Shown: piece after piece, positions 20,355 through 30,321 of the stretch
How the letters are laid out: each line of letters starts with the position of its first letter
Numbering within the stretch: position 1 is the first letter of the stretch
Origin: an uncultured candidate division Zixibacteria bacterium
GTDB lineage: Bacteria; Zixibacteria; MSB-5A5; GN15; PGXB01
Assembly (NCBI GenBank): GCA_963702205.1
Contig: OY969724.1
Span: forward strand, 736,001 to 800,000
Direction of reading: 5' to 3'
Length of the DNA: 64,000 bases
The notes under the pieces: model-generated
Database searches by the model: none
What the model was told of the DNA's origin: nothing
The model's input: the letters and a program-made list of their open reading frames with translations, nothing else
Made by a program: the position numbers and the translations under genes

Positions 20355-21893
20355 GCGGTCCCCTTCTCTGCCGCCGTCCCTTGTTCCATTACATCACCCT
20401 TCTTTGATTCGAGCCATTCTTTCAAAGGCGCGACAAAAGGCCCCCACTGAGTCGACTTTGCAACTAGATCTATTATCAGTCGGAGGCCTTCTCGTTTCTC
20501 ATAGCCGAGCTTAATAATCAATTGATTGATATAATCATGCTTATCCTGTGGTACTTGGATCTCTTTCGCCAAAGCAACAAGCTCTTTAGCCTCCGCATCT
20601 AAAATAGTCTCATCTAATCCTATAACAAGACTATGGATGTACTTCTCCGGATGCTCGCCCTCTGGAAGTACAAAATCCTTCATAACCGATAGAACTTTGC
20701 TACGACGATCTATATCCTGCTGCTGATCCCCTGTCAAAACCTTCTTCACCTGGGCATCTTTGCTTGTGTCACTGCGATACTCGTCACCATCCAGAACACA
20801 AAGAGAATTCGTCAAATCGTCTCCCTTTAGCACCATACCACTAATTACGGTAAACGAGTTGACTGCAGCGCCAAAACGAGTTGTTTCGACATACTTCTTC
20901 ATGCCAAGTCCACCGGCCACCTTGTTGACAATTGCGGTTGCCAGATCATCCTCGACAAGGATTTCTAATGGTCGTTGTTGGATTCCAGTCATCCTTCTTA
21001 GTGCGTCTGGCTTCGTCTCATTTAAGCATGTGGTACTGCCATCCACATTGTGAAGGTGACGTATATTTATGAATTCATGGCAATCAAGAAGCTGCTCTCT
21101 ATGTGAAGTGAAGATAATCTGAAGGTTCTTATCTTTAGCTCTATTGTGAATTACTTTGATGAATCTTTCGAGTGCATCACCGTGTAGTAGAATATCCAAC
21201 TCATCAATCAGAATCAGTCCACTCCTCGGAATGGTAAAGACCTCATTTAGAACGTGCAAGAGGCGTTGCTCTCCGGCACCCATTGACAGTGAAGAGTATC
21301 GAATCCCGATTGATTTTACCCCTCCATACTTCTTCTTCCCGGCAATATGTTCATTCAACTCGTCGTAGCGCCGGTTAAATACAATTGACAGAGCTTGAAG
21401 GACTTGCTGGCTTGTTGTATCGGTTCTTGTTGAGGTTGTGTAATTTATCCTAACTTCGCGTTTCTCAAGCTCGATTTGTGGAACGCAGCTACTAACGCCA
21501 ATATACGCAATGTGCCTTGCAGGTCGGTTCTCGTACCTTGGCGCCCACCTTGTTGATTTCTTCTCGTAATCATCCTTCTTTTCGTTATATGTTGTCTTTT
21601 CTATTCTATAAGAATGAGTCAATGTGATCTTACTACCATTCCAAAGCGCATCCGTATTAGGAACGAAAAAGTAGCTAAATTTGTAATCGGTACTGTTCGG
21701 AATCCGGAGGTGGTTGGTAGCAGCAGGAAAGAGCGTGAAGAATGGTGGATTTCCCACAGCAGTTAGGTCCGAAGATTCCGGTCAAAGGTTTGCCTTCGAA
21801 GCTAATTTCATGGAGATTCTTGAGGTTTTTTAAACAGTCTATCTTCATTGAATGAACTTTTAGACCCGTGCGTAGAGGCTCATTGGGTGGCAT
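20351..21893 (-). pseudogene. ABC-type ATPase fused to a TOPRIM-like domain (OLD/PARIS-like), split by a +1 frameshift near 21690; ~513 aa if repaired; may be a sequencing error
   Basis: Walker A GPNCCGKST in ORF 21675..21893; signature SMGAGEQR, Walker B LIDELD, TSH and TOPRIM-like VEDD/LDGD in ORF 20351..21757. Confidence 0.75.
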
Positions 21894-21911
21894 TTCTACA
21901 ACCCCCTCCGC

Positions 21912-24900
21912 TTAAACTCTTCCCAGGCAGTACCGATAGTCTTCTTCACGATCCGGTCGATCAAACGGAGGTTTGTAGACAATAAGGCGATCCACGGGCC
22001 CCTGGATTGGCTCAGGATAATCCGGACATGGACAGTCGAGCTCAGTTCCGTCGGTTAGGCGTATTCTTGCATTCGCCCTCCGATAATCTGGCATAATATC
22101 CTCAGTAATCCACTTCTCGATCGAACCAGACTTCATCCCCTGCGCCTCATTCCATTCATGTCGTGTCAAACCAACACCTGATAAGCCCTTGTTTGTTGTA
22201 AATACAATGTTCCCTTGCGTATCAAACCACGTGCTAGCTTCATTTCTAACAACAACAGGAAACTGCACTCGGTAGATAGTGAGCAACTCAGCCAAAGTTA
22301 AACCAAGCTCCATGCCAACGAGCACATCGATTTCAAGCAGTGCTTGACGACGTTCATATTCACTTGATAGCCTTATAGCTTTGCTCCAGTCACATTGAGT
22401 GCTCCCAAAAACGTCTTCTGATAGCCGCAGATCTTGTTTGGTCCAATTATCTGCCAAATAATTATCGTGCCACCCCGCCTTCCATAATTCCGCATACGCC
22501 GACGTTACGCAACTGAGCAATAGCATTCTGTAGATAATCTCATCGCTTTCGTCAAGATAAGGAAGCTTGACGAGTATACTCTCATATATCCCCGAGATGC
22601 CTGAAGACTTTATATAGAAGTCATACACTATTGATGCAAAGCACCCGGCGAGCATTACCAAAGTTCGCACCTTTTTACAGGCAAGGCTCTTAACGGCGTG
22701 TATATGACCGATTTGCCTAGGCATGATTGCAGGTATGAGGGACCTCTCATTGGTGCTGACCAATTGGCCGCGCATCATTATCCGATAGAATTCGGTGATT
22801 CTTTGGTCCGAATCCCATTTGACCCGCGGTATCCTCATCGCATAAGTATCGGCGCTGGTTGCCGGGAGAAAATTCGTTCGCGGAACATATGTATCGGGAA
22901 GCTTTGTGATATCAAGATAGTCATACGCATGGTGAGTATTACACACTCTCTTGGGTGTTTGATGTAATGGGCGCGCGACGTAGAAATGAGGACCTGAGAC
23001 GATCCACTCTTCCAATTCATGGGGGAATATAGTCTGTCTTTTGATAGTTCCGTCCTTTTGTCTGCCAGACTCATCCCACATAGCCGAAAAACTGATCTCG
23101 CTCCTTATTGATTCAATCCTCTGATCGACTTCTGTAAACCTATTCAAAACGGCTAGCGATTCTCTCGAGTGGACTATAGGCAACCGCGTTTCATCGAAAG
23201 ACGTGTCAGAACTCTCAAACAGTATAGAGAAGAGCTTCAGCTGTTGTTCCGAGACACTGATAATTCTATGAGAGTGACCCCGTAACTCAAATTGTCCATT
23301 GTCACTCTTGATACCAGGAACTGCACCAAGTCCACTATGGCCGTAAGACTGGTCTATTGTCGATGGGTGATATACTAATCCCACCATGTCGAATAGCACT
23401 TTCTCACTATTAGATCCGAAAATTAAAAGCTCATATTTCTTAGCGTGGCCGACCTGTGCAAAAAGGCTTTTTTCATTTGCAAAATAGAACAGATATTTCA
23501 GCCGACAATAACATGCTCGACGTAAAGCACCGCCTTTTGCATCCTTGAAAATCCCATCATCTGTTACGTACGCTGTAACTCCATCCGTTCTTGATACTCT
23601 CCAAGCAACCGGCAAGAAGCACTTGTATAGGTTTGACTGTTGTCCAATAAGCGCTGGATAATTGGAAAGAGCGTTGATGAAATTCTGATTGGAAGTCATT
23701 GACACGTATTCGCGGAGATAGTCCGCGTACGCTTCAGATGATAAGACTATCTCTTTGCGCAGGTTCCCGGTTTGCCTGGCTGATAGTTTTCTTACCGTAA
23801 TTAGCGGGCTATACTCGCTTAACACGCCTGCTTCATTCCATTCAAGTCGGACCCACGGCGGATTGCCAACGGTTAGATCGAAGCCCCCTTTATCAGCAAT
23901 AATATCTGCAAATTCGAGCTCCCAATGATGAAAACGATATATGGCGTTAAGCTCTTCTACAAGTCGTATGCGCGGTGTTTCTTCTGCAAGTTTATTTACG
24001 TCGATAAACCCAAACTCATCTTTTAAGGCGATCATTTCCTGTTTTGAAGCCGTTACAGGAAATAGGGCAATCTGACCGTTTTCCTCAATAGCAAAGTCCT
24101 CTGCTTGTCCTTCGAGAATTAATTGTATATCAGTCAAGTACTCCGCGCGAGAGGGCAACATTTCCGCCTTCTCTATAGGCCAGAACCACAAAGCACACCA
24201 ATAGTCCATGACCAATCTCAGACGGCGATATAGGCTAGAGTTCCTAATGTTCTTTGAAAGCAGTTCCTGTGAGTGCTTCAAGTCCTTATCACGAATGCTG
24301 GTGTTCTCGCTGTTGTCAGATAGACGAGTCTTCCCAAAAACATGTATAGGGTCTGTAGTCGACTCCCTTAGCCTGCGCAATTGATCAGTGTGCTTGTCCC
24401 AGAGTCTATCAACTGAATTTGAAAGTTTTTCGAGTATACGAATCTGGCTATCAGTAAATGGTTTCAGAAACTCCCTGCGCCATTTGTTGATTATCGTGAT
24501 CTGTTCTTCAGCGAGCCCTTTGACAATTTTGTCCTGATAGTGTGCCATTCCAGCATCGGGGACGAGGAAGTGATAAATTTGCCCAGTACGTTCCTGGACT
24601 TCCGATTCCGGCGGATTCTTACCCGCGTCTTGTGGCCAGTACTGCTTTGGTACATCGTCTAACCAGGTCTTCTTGCCCGGATCTTTAATCTTCAGAAGAG
24701 CCGAATCAAACATCTGTCGCCTTGCACCTACAAGCGAGTTGCCGGTAGTTAATTGCATTCCGAACCACGGAACAAAACCACCTGAGTGAATAGAATTCAA
24801 CCAAAGTGACACTTCAGCTAGCTCGACAGCGATCGGGTTGAGATCCACACCAAATACATTCCGATCGGCAATCATCATCTTTACTTTCTGCCGTTCCCGG

Positions 24901-26735
24901 TTGTAATCGTCAGGTGGCAAAATCTCGTCAAGCTCCTTCTGCTTAAGTTGCATATAAGCATCCGCAAGCTGGTTTATTGCCTCGTTCAGGAATGCGGCAC
25001 TGCCCATGGCTGGCTCACAGATCGTGAGATCAAGGATTTCATCCGCGGTCTTATTCTTTAGGAGTTCCTTAAGTGCGTATTTTACTAGGCACTTGGTGAG
25101 GACTTCTGGAGTGTAATAGCTTGCTGATTTTTCTCGATCACGCCCCGCAAGGCGATATATGAACGTCCCCCTAGGATACCTACGAAGAGTACCTCTTCTC
25201 CAGGCTGGATTTCTTTCCTGGTCCTCTGCTGTATTGAAGACCTTTTCCTCATCAGCGTACTTGGGGAGATCATCTTGTGTGACAAAAAACGCCTGATCAA
25301 GCTCATTTACTCGATCCTGGTCAGCCCTTTTAACTTCATACAGATCGCTTTCAGCAAAAAATCCACGGTATGACAACAACCCCTCGTAAACTGCGCCAAG
25401 TTGGTTTATGCCAAGCTGGGCATAGCTGATTCGTCCACGTCGGTTGTTTCTACCGCTCTTTGGCCGAGACAGTGACATTAACTCAAGGATGCGTTGCAAG
25501 ACAGAATTCCTGAGCTTCACACGATTAAGAAGTGGCGTTCTCTCAGGGTCAAATAGATGAGATTTCAGTGGATGCAGCGTAAATGAATGATGCTGAGGTT
25601 TGCCTTCAAAGTCGAATAATGACTGCTTACCCGGCTCAAAGCCGTTGTACACAAGATTGAAAAGCATTGAAATAGATTCGTGAAGGTAAAAACCATTTCG
25701 TGACTCTTCAGTCGTCAATGGCACTAGTTCCAAATCCCTCAAAGATTCCAAGCTATAACCACTCAAATATACGTTACTTTTCATCTCCGCATAACCAAGC
25801 TCTGGTCTAGCCTCTATGTAGAAGAGAAATAGTAAGCGGTACATGTATCGTAAGCATTCCAGCGTCAATTGATCAGAGTACTCTTTGCCGTAGATCCCCT
25901 CTTTTAGAACATTTCGGAGATAGTGGATTGCCTCGTTTCCTAACAACTCAATTGCTTCACGAAGCGAATATTTCAAGTCCTCTGAAACTTGAAAGGCATG
26001 TTTGTGAGATTGATCATCGAGAGTATCCAATAGCGGTTGTCCGTCGCTGGGGCAAATACTCTCACGATGGAGTAAAGCAGCCATAGCTCTGAAAGTCGAT
26101 GGCTCTCTACGCCCAAAGATCTCATTGATGTCAAAGCGAAGTAGACGTTTCTCATTCCACTTACTTCTGTCGATGAGCACAACCGTATTAAAATCTAGAA
26201 GCAGAATCCAGCGCGGGGGAGTATTGAGTCCAAATATCTCGCGAGTTATGATCTCTGTAAAATCCTTTTCCAGAAGGTTCTCTTCATCCGTATCTGGATA
26301 CTGCTCTTTGAGAAGCATTTGAAGTAGCGGATCTTCTGGGTCTTGTACTGATGTTACTGACTCAAGTATCCACAGGTCAGGGGCACCATTTGACTTGGTG
26401 ATCTCACAAAGTATCGGAAGCACTGCACCAGATTCGGTAGCTCGTAATCCGGGCTCAATGTCATACCCCAGCGCTTGAAGTAAACCAAGGACAAATTCCC
26501 TTTGGCCCGAGAGAACATCTGGAAGATGTCGGAGTTTCTCTAGGTCCGCCTTTGTTCTGAAGTAGTCCTTCGGAAGCGCGCGCAGTAATTGATCTGGAGG
26601 TTTCTTTCCGCTTTTTTCCGACTCTTCTTTCCAAAGTGAGAAGATCTCTTTTAGGTCATCTTCCAGGATAGCCCTAAGATAATGATCTGTATAGAATTCA
26701 TTCTCGTTGCTGATTCCAGTGGTATCTATCGGCAT
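21912..26735 (-). CDS. Large N6-adenine DNA methyltransferase (type IIG/Eco57I-like); true stop probably 21896 after repairing a +1 frameshift near 21934
   Basis: LGAVYEGLL, SYYTP, CEPAMGSAAF, VGNPPW; shifted frame ends DYRTAWEEFKRRGL* 2 nt before the next ATG. Confidence 0.85.
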   Translation of the reverse strand: MPIDTTGISNENEFYTDHYLRAILEDDLKEIFSLWKEESEKSGKKPPDQLLRALPKDYFRTKADLEKLRHLPDVLSGQREFVLGLLQALGYDIEPGLRATESGAVLPILCEITKSNGAPDLWILESVTSVQDPEDPLLQMLLKEQYPDTDEENLLEKDFTEIITREIFGLNTPPRWILLLDFNTVVLIDRSKWNEKRLLRFDINEIFGRREPSTFRAMAALLHRESICPSDGQPLLDTLDDQSHKHAFQVSEDLKYSLREAIELLGNEAIHYLRNVLKEGIYGKEYSDQLTLECLRYMYRLLFLFYIEARPELGYAEMKSNVYLSGYSLESLRDLELVPLTTEESRNGFYLHESISMLFNLVYNGFEPGKQSLFDFEGKPQHHSFTLHPLKSHLFDPERTPLLNRVKLRNSVLQRILELMSLSRPKSGRNNRRGRISYAQLGINQLGAVYEGLLSYRGFFAESDLYEVKRADQDRVNELDQAFFVTQDDLPKYADEEKVFNTAEDQERNPAWRRGTLRRYPRGTFIYRLAGRDREKSASYYTPEVLTKCLVKYALKELLKNKTADEILDLTICEPAMGSAAFLNEAINQLADAYMQLKQKELDEILPPDDYNRERQKVKMMIADRNVFGVDLNPIAVELAEVSLWLNSIHSGGFVPWFGMQLTTGNSLVGARRQMFDSALLKIKDPGKKTWLDDVPKQYWPQDAGKNPPESEVQERTGQIYHFLVPDAGMAHYQDKIVKGLAEEQITIINKWRREFLKPFTDSQIRILEKLSNSVDRLWDKHTDQLRRLRESTTDPIHVFGKTRLSDNSENTSIRDKDLKHSQELLSKNIRNSSLYRRLRLVMDYWCALWFWPIEKAEMLPSRAEYLTDIQLILEGQAEDFAIEENGQIALFPVTASKQEMIALKDEFGFIDVNKLAEETPRIRLVEELNAIYRFHHWELEFADIIADKGGFDLTVGNPPWVRLEWNEAGVLSEYSPLITVRKLSARQTGNLRKEIVLSSEAYADYLREYVSMTSNQNFINALSNYPALIGQQSNLYKCFLPVAWRVSRTDGVTAYVTDDGIFKDAKGGALRRACYCRLKYLFYFANEKSLFAQVGHAKKYELLIFGSNSEKVLFDMVGLVYHPSTIDQSYGHSGLGAVPGIKSDNGQFELRGHSHRIISVSEQQLKLFSILFESSDTSFDETRLPIVHSRESLAVLNRFTEVDQRIESIRSEISFSAMWDESGRQKDGTIKRQTIFPHELEEWIVSGPHFYVARPLHQTPKRVCNTHHAYDYLDITKLPDTYVPRTNFLPATSADTYAMRIPRVKWDSDQRITEFYRIMMRGQLVSTNERSLIPAIMPRQIGHIHAVKSLACKKVRTLVMLAGCFASIVYDFYIKSSGISGIYESILVKLPYLDESDEIIYRMLLLSCVTSAYAELWKAGWHDNYLADNWTKQDLRLSEDVFGSTQCDWSKAIRLSSEYERRQALLEIDVLVGMELGLTLAELLTIYRVQFPVVVRNEASTWFDTQGNIVFTTNKGLSGVGLTRHEWNEAQGMKSGSIEKWITEDIMPDYRRANARIRLTDGTELDCPCPDYPEPIQGPVDRLIVYKPPFDRPDREEDYRYCLGRV

Positions 26736-29593
26736 CAGTTACCTCCCCACAGCACAGCAGCGATCCGAAGATATGGATTGTCTTCGGTGGTCATCGTTTC
26801 TTTTATCCACTCAGAATACTCAACGAACAATTTATCTATTTCGCGGCGTTGATTCTCGCGACGGCTTTTACGAACAGTAGACAACTCACCACCAAAGTCC
26901 AATTCCAGTTGGGCATGGCGACGAGTTCGTAATTCATCTAATTTAGACAGGTGCTCTTTTAACTTGGGATTATTTGCATCCTCCCACGCCTGCCGATGTT
27001 TGGTCATTATCTCTTTAGATTTCAAGACAACGACTGGAAGTAGTTCTGCGAGAAGCTCACCATCAGTAGTCATCCCGGGATTGGCAATCTTACGTTGTCC
27101 TAACCCAGCAATCCGAAATACATCATCTAAATCAAGCTCTTCATCGAAATCCTTGCCCCTGAATCGCATGCCAAACCATCGATCAATCAACGGGTGACCT
27201 CTGCGATTAGGCACCAGACCAGATACGACGAAAATACTTTCATCTTTCTTTAGTGAATCCGGCAATGTTAGAATAGGAGCCTCGTGCCGTTGGAAGGCCG
27301 ACATAACCTTATCAGTAATCCATTCCGCAACAGGATGTTGCTCCCATAAAAGATGTAGCTTTGGCCAAAGGCGATCTTCTTTTCGGCAAGTTGCTATCTC
27401 AGCCTGTATCTTATCACGATCAGCGCTAAGCAGTATCTGGCCGTCGTGAATTTCAATTTCAGGAGGCAGGAATCTCAAGCGCCTCTCCAGTTCCCCAGGT
27501 ACTGTAAGTGTAATGAATTGGTCATGGTCATCTGTCTCAAATTGGATTCTCTGCTGGCGGTCGATAAACCTTAGGCCATTCTTTAAAAACTCATATGCAC
27601 TGGGAAATAGCGAAGGAGTTTTCGCAATCGCCTTCTCGGCTTCTTTACCTGTAGGGAATTCCATGTCGCCCATTAGAATTGCCAGCGGATCAACTTCACT
27701 CTTCTCAATGAGTTTGTCAAATTCATCCACGGAGAGACCACGTTCGATTGCAGCTGCAGTTCTAGCTTCTTCTTCCTCCTGGTCATAGATTCCAGTGAAC
27801 TCTGAAGGGTCGCCGATATTTTTTACAACCTGCTCATCTTTCTCTGTCAATAGTTCCAGAATACGCAAATCACCTTTAATCTTCGGATTATCACACTGAG
27901 TGACAAGATAGGTTATTAGTGGTTCGCTAGTCTGACCATATCGGTCTATGCGACCATTTCTCTGTTGAAAAGTCATAAGTGACCAAGGGATATCAAAATG
28001 AATCAAACGATGTGATAAGTAGTGTAGATTGATGCCCTCAGCTGCTACGTCTGATGCCAGTAACAAGCGAAGACTGTCTGATTCTCTGCCAAATCGCTCA
28101 ACGACATCTTGCTGCTCTACGTCGGATAGGCTTCCATATAGGGAAGCAACCTGTTTTGCTCCTAATCCAAGGTCATTGGGAAGATGTTCTTCTAAGAATT
28201 TTAGCGTCTCAATACGCTCTGTAAAAATGACAAGTCTGTCTGATGTGTCTTGACCCGTCCACTTGGATGTCTTAATCTCTGAAACTAACTTCTGATACTT
28301 ACTAAAGCATTCCGGTGTCACATCAGCTAGCACATTCAACAGAGTTGTAAGCTTTTCAATATCTTGATCAAATTCTGGTTCACTTTTCTTCTCAAGTTTT
28401 TTAATGCGGTTGCGAACGGTATCCATACAGGCTGCAGGACTTGAAAATAGTGCTTTTTCAAGAGTTGTTTTAAAGAGCATGTTTCCGCCTCGATTCTGGT
28501 CCAAACTTGTAAATCTAAGCTTGGAGAAGAAGCTGAAGACCGCCTCTTCGACAGGCGAGGCTTGGCAATAAGCGCGCGAAATGCTCCGTTCTTTAAAGGA
28601 CAGCGATACTTGATCCTTAATATCTTTCTTAAAGCGGCGAATGAAGAGGCCTTGTATATCATCCGGTCCGTACTCATCTGGATTGGTAATAGCAGTTGGG
28701 TTTAGCATGTTCATTAGGCTTGCAAATGAACGCTTTTTCCCATCGTGCGGAGTGGCAGAAAGCATTATGAGGGTATCCGACCTAGATGAAAGCAATCGTG
28801 CCAATTTGGATCGCATGGAGTTAGTGCCACGCTCGGCAACATTATGAGCTTCATCTATGACAATGATATCCCAATAACAATTCTCTATGTAGGCCCTATA
28901 TTCAGCTTCCTGCTTTAGTGTATCTATGGAGATTATTGCCTTATCGAAAAAAAAGAATGGATTCTGATTGGATGGAATTCTAGTTCGGATTCGTTGGATA
29001 CCAACTGAATCGAGTCGAACTAAAGGAATTGTGAATCGCGCCCACATCTCCTTTTGAAACTGTGTTAACATACTTTTCACAGCTAAGACAAGAATACGCT
29101 TACCACGGCCTCTCTTAATTAACTCACTAAGCAGGATTCCGCACTCAATTGTCTTTCCCAACCCCACAGCATCAGCAATAAGTATTCTCTGCCTTGGTTG
29201 CTTCAAGGCTTGGATTGTAGGATCCAACTGATAAGGAACGGTGTCCATCGCGCCTTTGTGACCGATGTACACTCGTTCGTCAGTAGGTGCTGACTGGCGG
29301 AGCAAGCTCTCAAGGTAAACCAGAGAATCTGAATATTCTCGTGACTGATCTGGAACCAAGCGAGTCTCTTCTGGTCGTAGAACTCGCATTGTTTCCTCAA
29401 CCTCAGTCAAGAATGTTGACTCTTTCTCCCGAACTAGTTCTGAAAGCCCAACGCAAGAGACCGCCTGTCCGCCACTAAACGTTCGATCAACTCGACGAAC
29501 CAACCATTCGGCGTCCCGTACCACGATTCTAGCACCTGGTGCTAAGCGGACTTCCAGCGGAGACGCATCTTGTGAAATTGAATTATCACGCAT
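26735..29593 (-). CDS. SNF2-family helicase (DrmD-like)
   Basis: ADAVGLGKT, IDEAH, SATPH, EGINLH, QRNGRIDRYGQ; start 29593 has AAGGTGA upstream and overlaps the HTH stop. Confidence 0.88.
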   Translation of the reverse strand: MRDNSISQDASPLEVRLAPGARIVVRDAEWLVRRVDRTFSGGQAVSCVGLSELVREKESTFLTEVEETMRVLRPEETRLVPDQSREYSDSLVYLESLLRQSAPTDERVYIGHKGAMDTVPYQLDPTIQALKQPRQRILIADAVGLGKTIECGILLSELIKRGRGKRILVLAVKSMLTQFQKEMWARFTIPLVRLDSVGIQRIRTRIPSNQNPFFFFDKAIISIDTLKQEAEYRAYIENCYWDIIVIDEAHNVAERGTNSMRSKLARLLSSRSDTLIMLSATPHDGKKRSFASLMNMLNPTAITNPDEYGPDDIQGLFIRRFKKDIKDQVSLSFKERSISRAYCQASPVEEAVFSFFSKLRFTSLDQNRGGNMLFKTTLEKALFSSPAACMDTVRNRIKKLEKKSEPEFDQDIEKLTTLLNVLADVTPECFSKYQKLVSEIKTSKWTGQDTSDRLVIFTERIETLKFLEEHLPNDLGLGAKQVASLYGSLSDVEQQDVVERFGRESDSLRLLLASDVAAEGINLHYLSHRLIHFDIPWSLMTFQQRNGRIDRYGQTSEPLITYLVTQCDNPKIKGDLRILELLTEKDEQVVKNIGDPSEFTGIYDQEEEEARTAAAIERGLSVDEFDKLIEKSEVDPLAILMGDMEFPTGKEAEKAIAKTPSLFPSAYEFLKNGLRFIDRQQRIQFETDDHDQFITLTVPGELERRLRFLPPEIEIHDGQILLSADRDKIQAEIATCRKEDRLWPKLHLLWEQHPVAEWITDKVMSAFQRHEAPILTLPDSLKKDESIFVVSGLVPNRRGHPLIDRWFGMRFRGKDFDEELDLDDVFRIAGLGQRKIANPGMTTDGELLAELLPVVVLKSKEIMTKHRQAWEDANNPKLKEHLSKLDELRTRRHAQLELDFGGELSTVRKSRRENQRREIDKLFVEYSEWIKETMTTEDNPYLRIAAVLWGGN

Positions 29594-29789
29594 CAGAATC
29601 ACCTTCTTGCGGACGACTTCCGCCCTCCCCTCGGCGGACCCATACGTCGATTTCCTCCCTTCTGAACTTCCATAGACGACCAATGCGATGTGCAGGCATT
29701 TTCTTATCTGATATCCATTTGTAAACCGTGTCCCTCTTTATGCCTAAGTACACCGCAATTTCGTCCACGGAAAGCCAACGGTCTTCCAT
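29586..29789 (-). CDS. Excisionase-like HTH_17 DNA-binding protein (resembles MADS Mad1-type regulators)
   Basis: WLSVDEIAVYLGIKRDTVYKWI..MPAHRIGRLWKF; first gene of the defence operon. Confidence 0.8.
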   Translation of the reverse strand: MEDRWLSVDEIAVYLGIKRDTVYKWISDKKMPAHRIGRLWKFRREEIDVWVRRGEGGSRPQEGDSDA

Positions 29790-29901
29790 ATTTCGCTCCG
29801 TTGTGTTAGACTAAGAATGCCCCTCTTGATCGCATTCATGAGAGATAGAAACACGACCAAATCAGTGGCACTCATCACTACTAATCAGGTTTAACTGGCA
29901 T

Positions 29902-29930
29902 ATAATGCATTTAAACAAGTCAGAAGTCAA
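29902..29930 (-). promoter_or_regulatory. Candidate promoter of the defence operon
   Basis: TTGACT-17 nt-CATTAT on the minus strand. Confidence 0.45.
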
Positions 29931-29963
29931 GGGGTTTAGACGGATAACAAATGGCATGTGGAT

Positions 29964-30000
29964 AATAAAATGAGGACTTAAGATCGAATCTCAAGCCCTC
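29964..30000 (-). terminator. Intrinsic terminator after the DUF2958 gene
   Basis: GAGGGCTTGAGAT-TCG-ATCTTAAGTCCTC stem followed by ATTTTATT on the minus strand. Confidence 0.55.
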
Positions 30001-30014
30001 TTGGGGTGTGTTTC

Positions 30015-30320
30015 TCATTCAACTCGTCGCATTTGATGGACTGTTGAAAGAGGAACGGGGGTAAAGTACAAATCTCTCTCAATTGGCAGTTTGAGTGGGC
30101 CGCGGATTTCCTGAAGTTCAGAAAGCCGGAAGTAGCCCAGTTCTGTTTCCAAACCAATTACGAGGCCAAAGAACAGGTCGTCGTCGTCAAATTCGATGGC
30201 GTACCACGTCCAGTTCGCGTCCGGAGTGAAAAACTTAACCCGCAGAAGCGGATTGGTCTCGTTCTCGGTTGAGTAGAGCGGAGGTAATGACTTGCGGATT
30301 TCATCAGTTATGAGCTCCAT
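30015..30320 (-). CDS. DUF2958-family protein
   Basis: LPPLYSTE..VKFFTPDANWTWY..FFGLV..ELGYF..IERDLYF; GGAGGGG upstream of ATG 30320. Confidence 0.75.
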   Translation of the reverse strand: MELITDEIRKSLPPLYSTENETNPLLRVKFFTPDANWTWYAIEFDDDDLFFGLVIGLETELGYFRLSELQEIRGPLKLPIERDLYFTPVPLSTVHQMRRVE

Positions 30321-30321
30321 A

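Noticed and set aside
21675..21757. Programmed ribosomal frameshift
   Set aside because: No slippery heptamer or homopolymer run is evident; a one-base insertion explains it more simply
20351..21893. Retron effector locus
   Set aside because: No reverse transcriptase and no room for msr-msd nearby
11851..29593. Canonical BREX, DISARM, Druantia or Dpd system
   Set aside because: PglZ/BrxC, DrmC, DruH or DruA-D, and DpdA-C are not recognisable
29957..29965. DnaA box TGTGGATAA upstream of the defence operon as an origin
   Set aside because: A single isolated 9-mer with no iterons or cluster; could be chance
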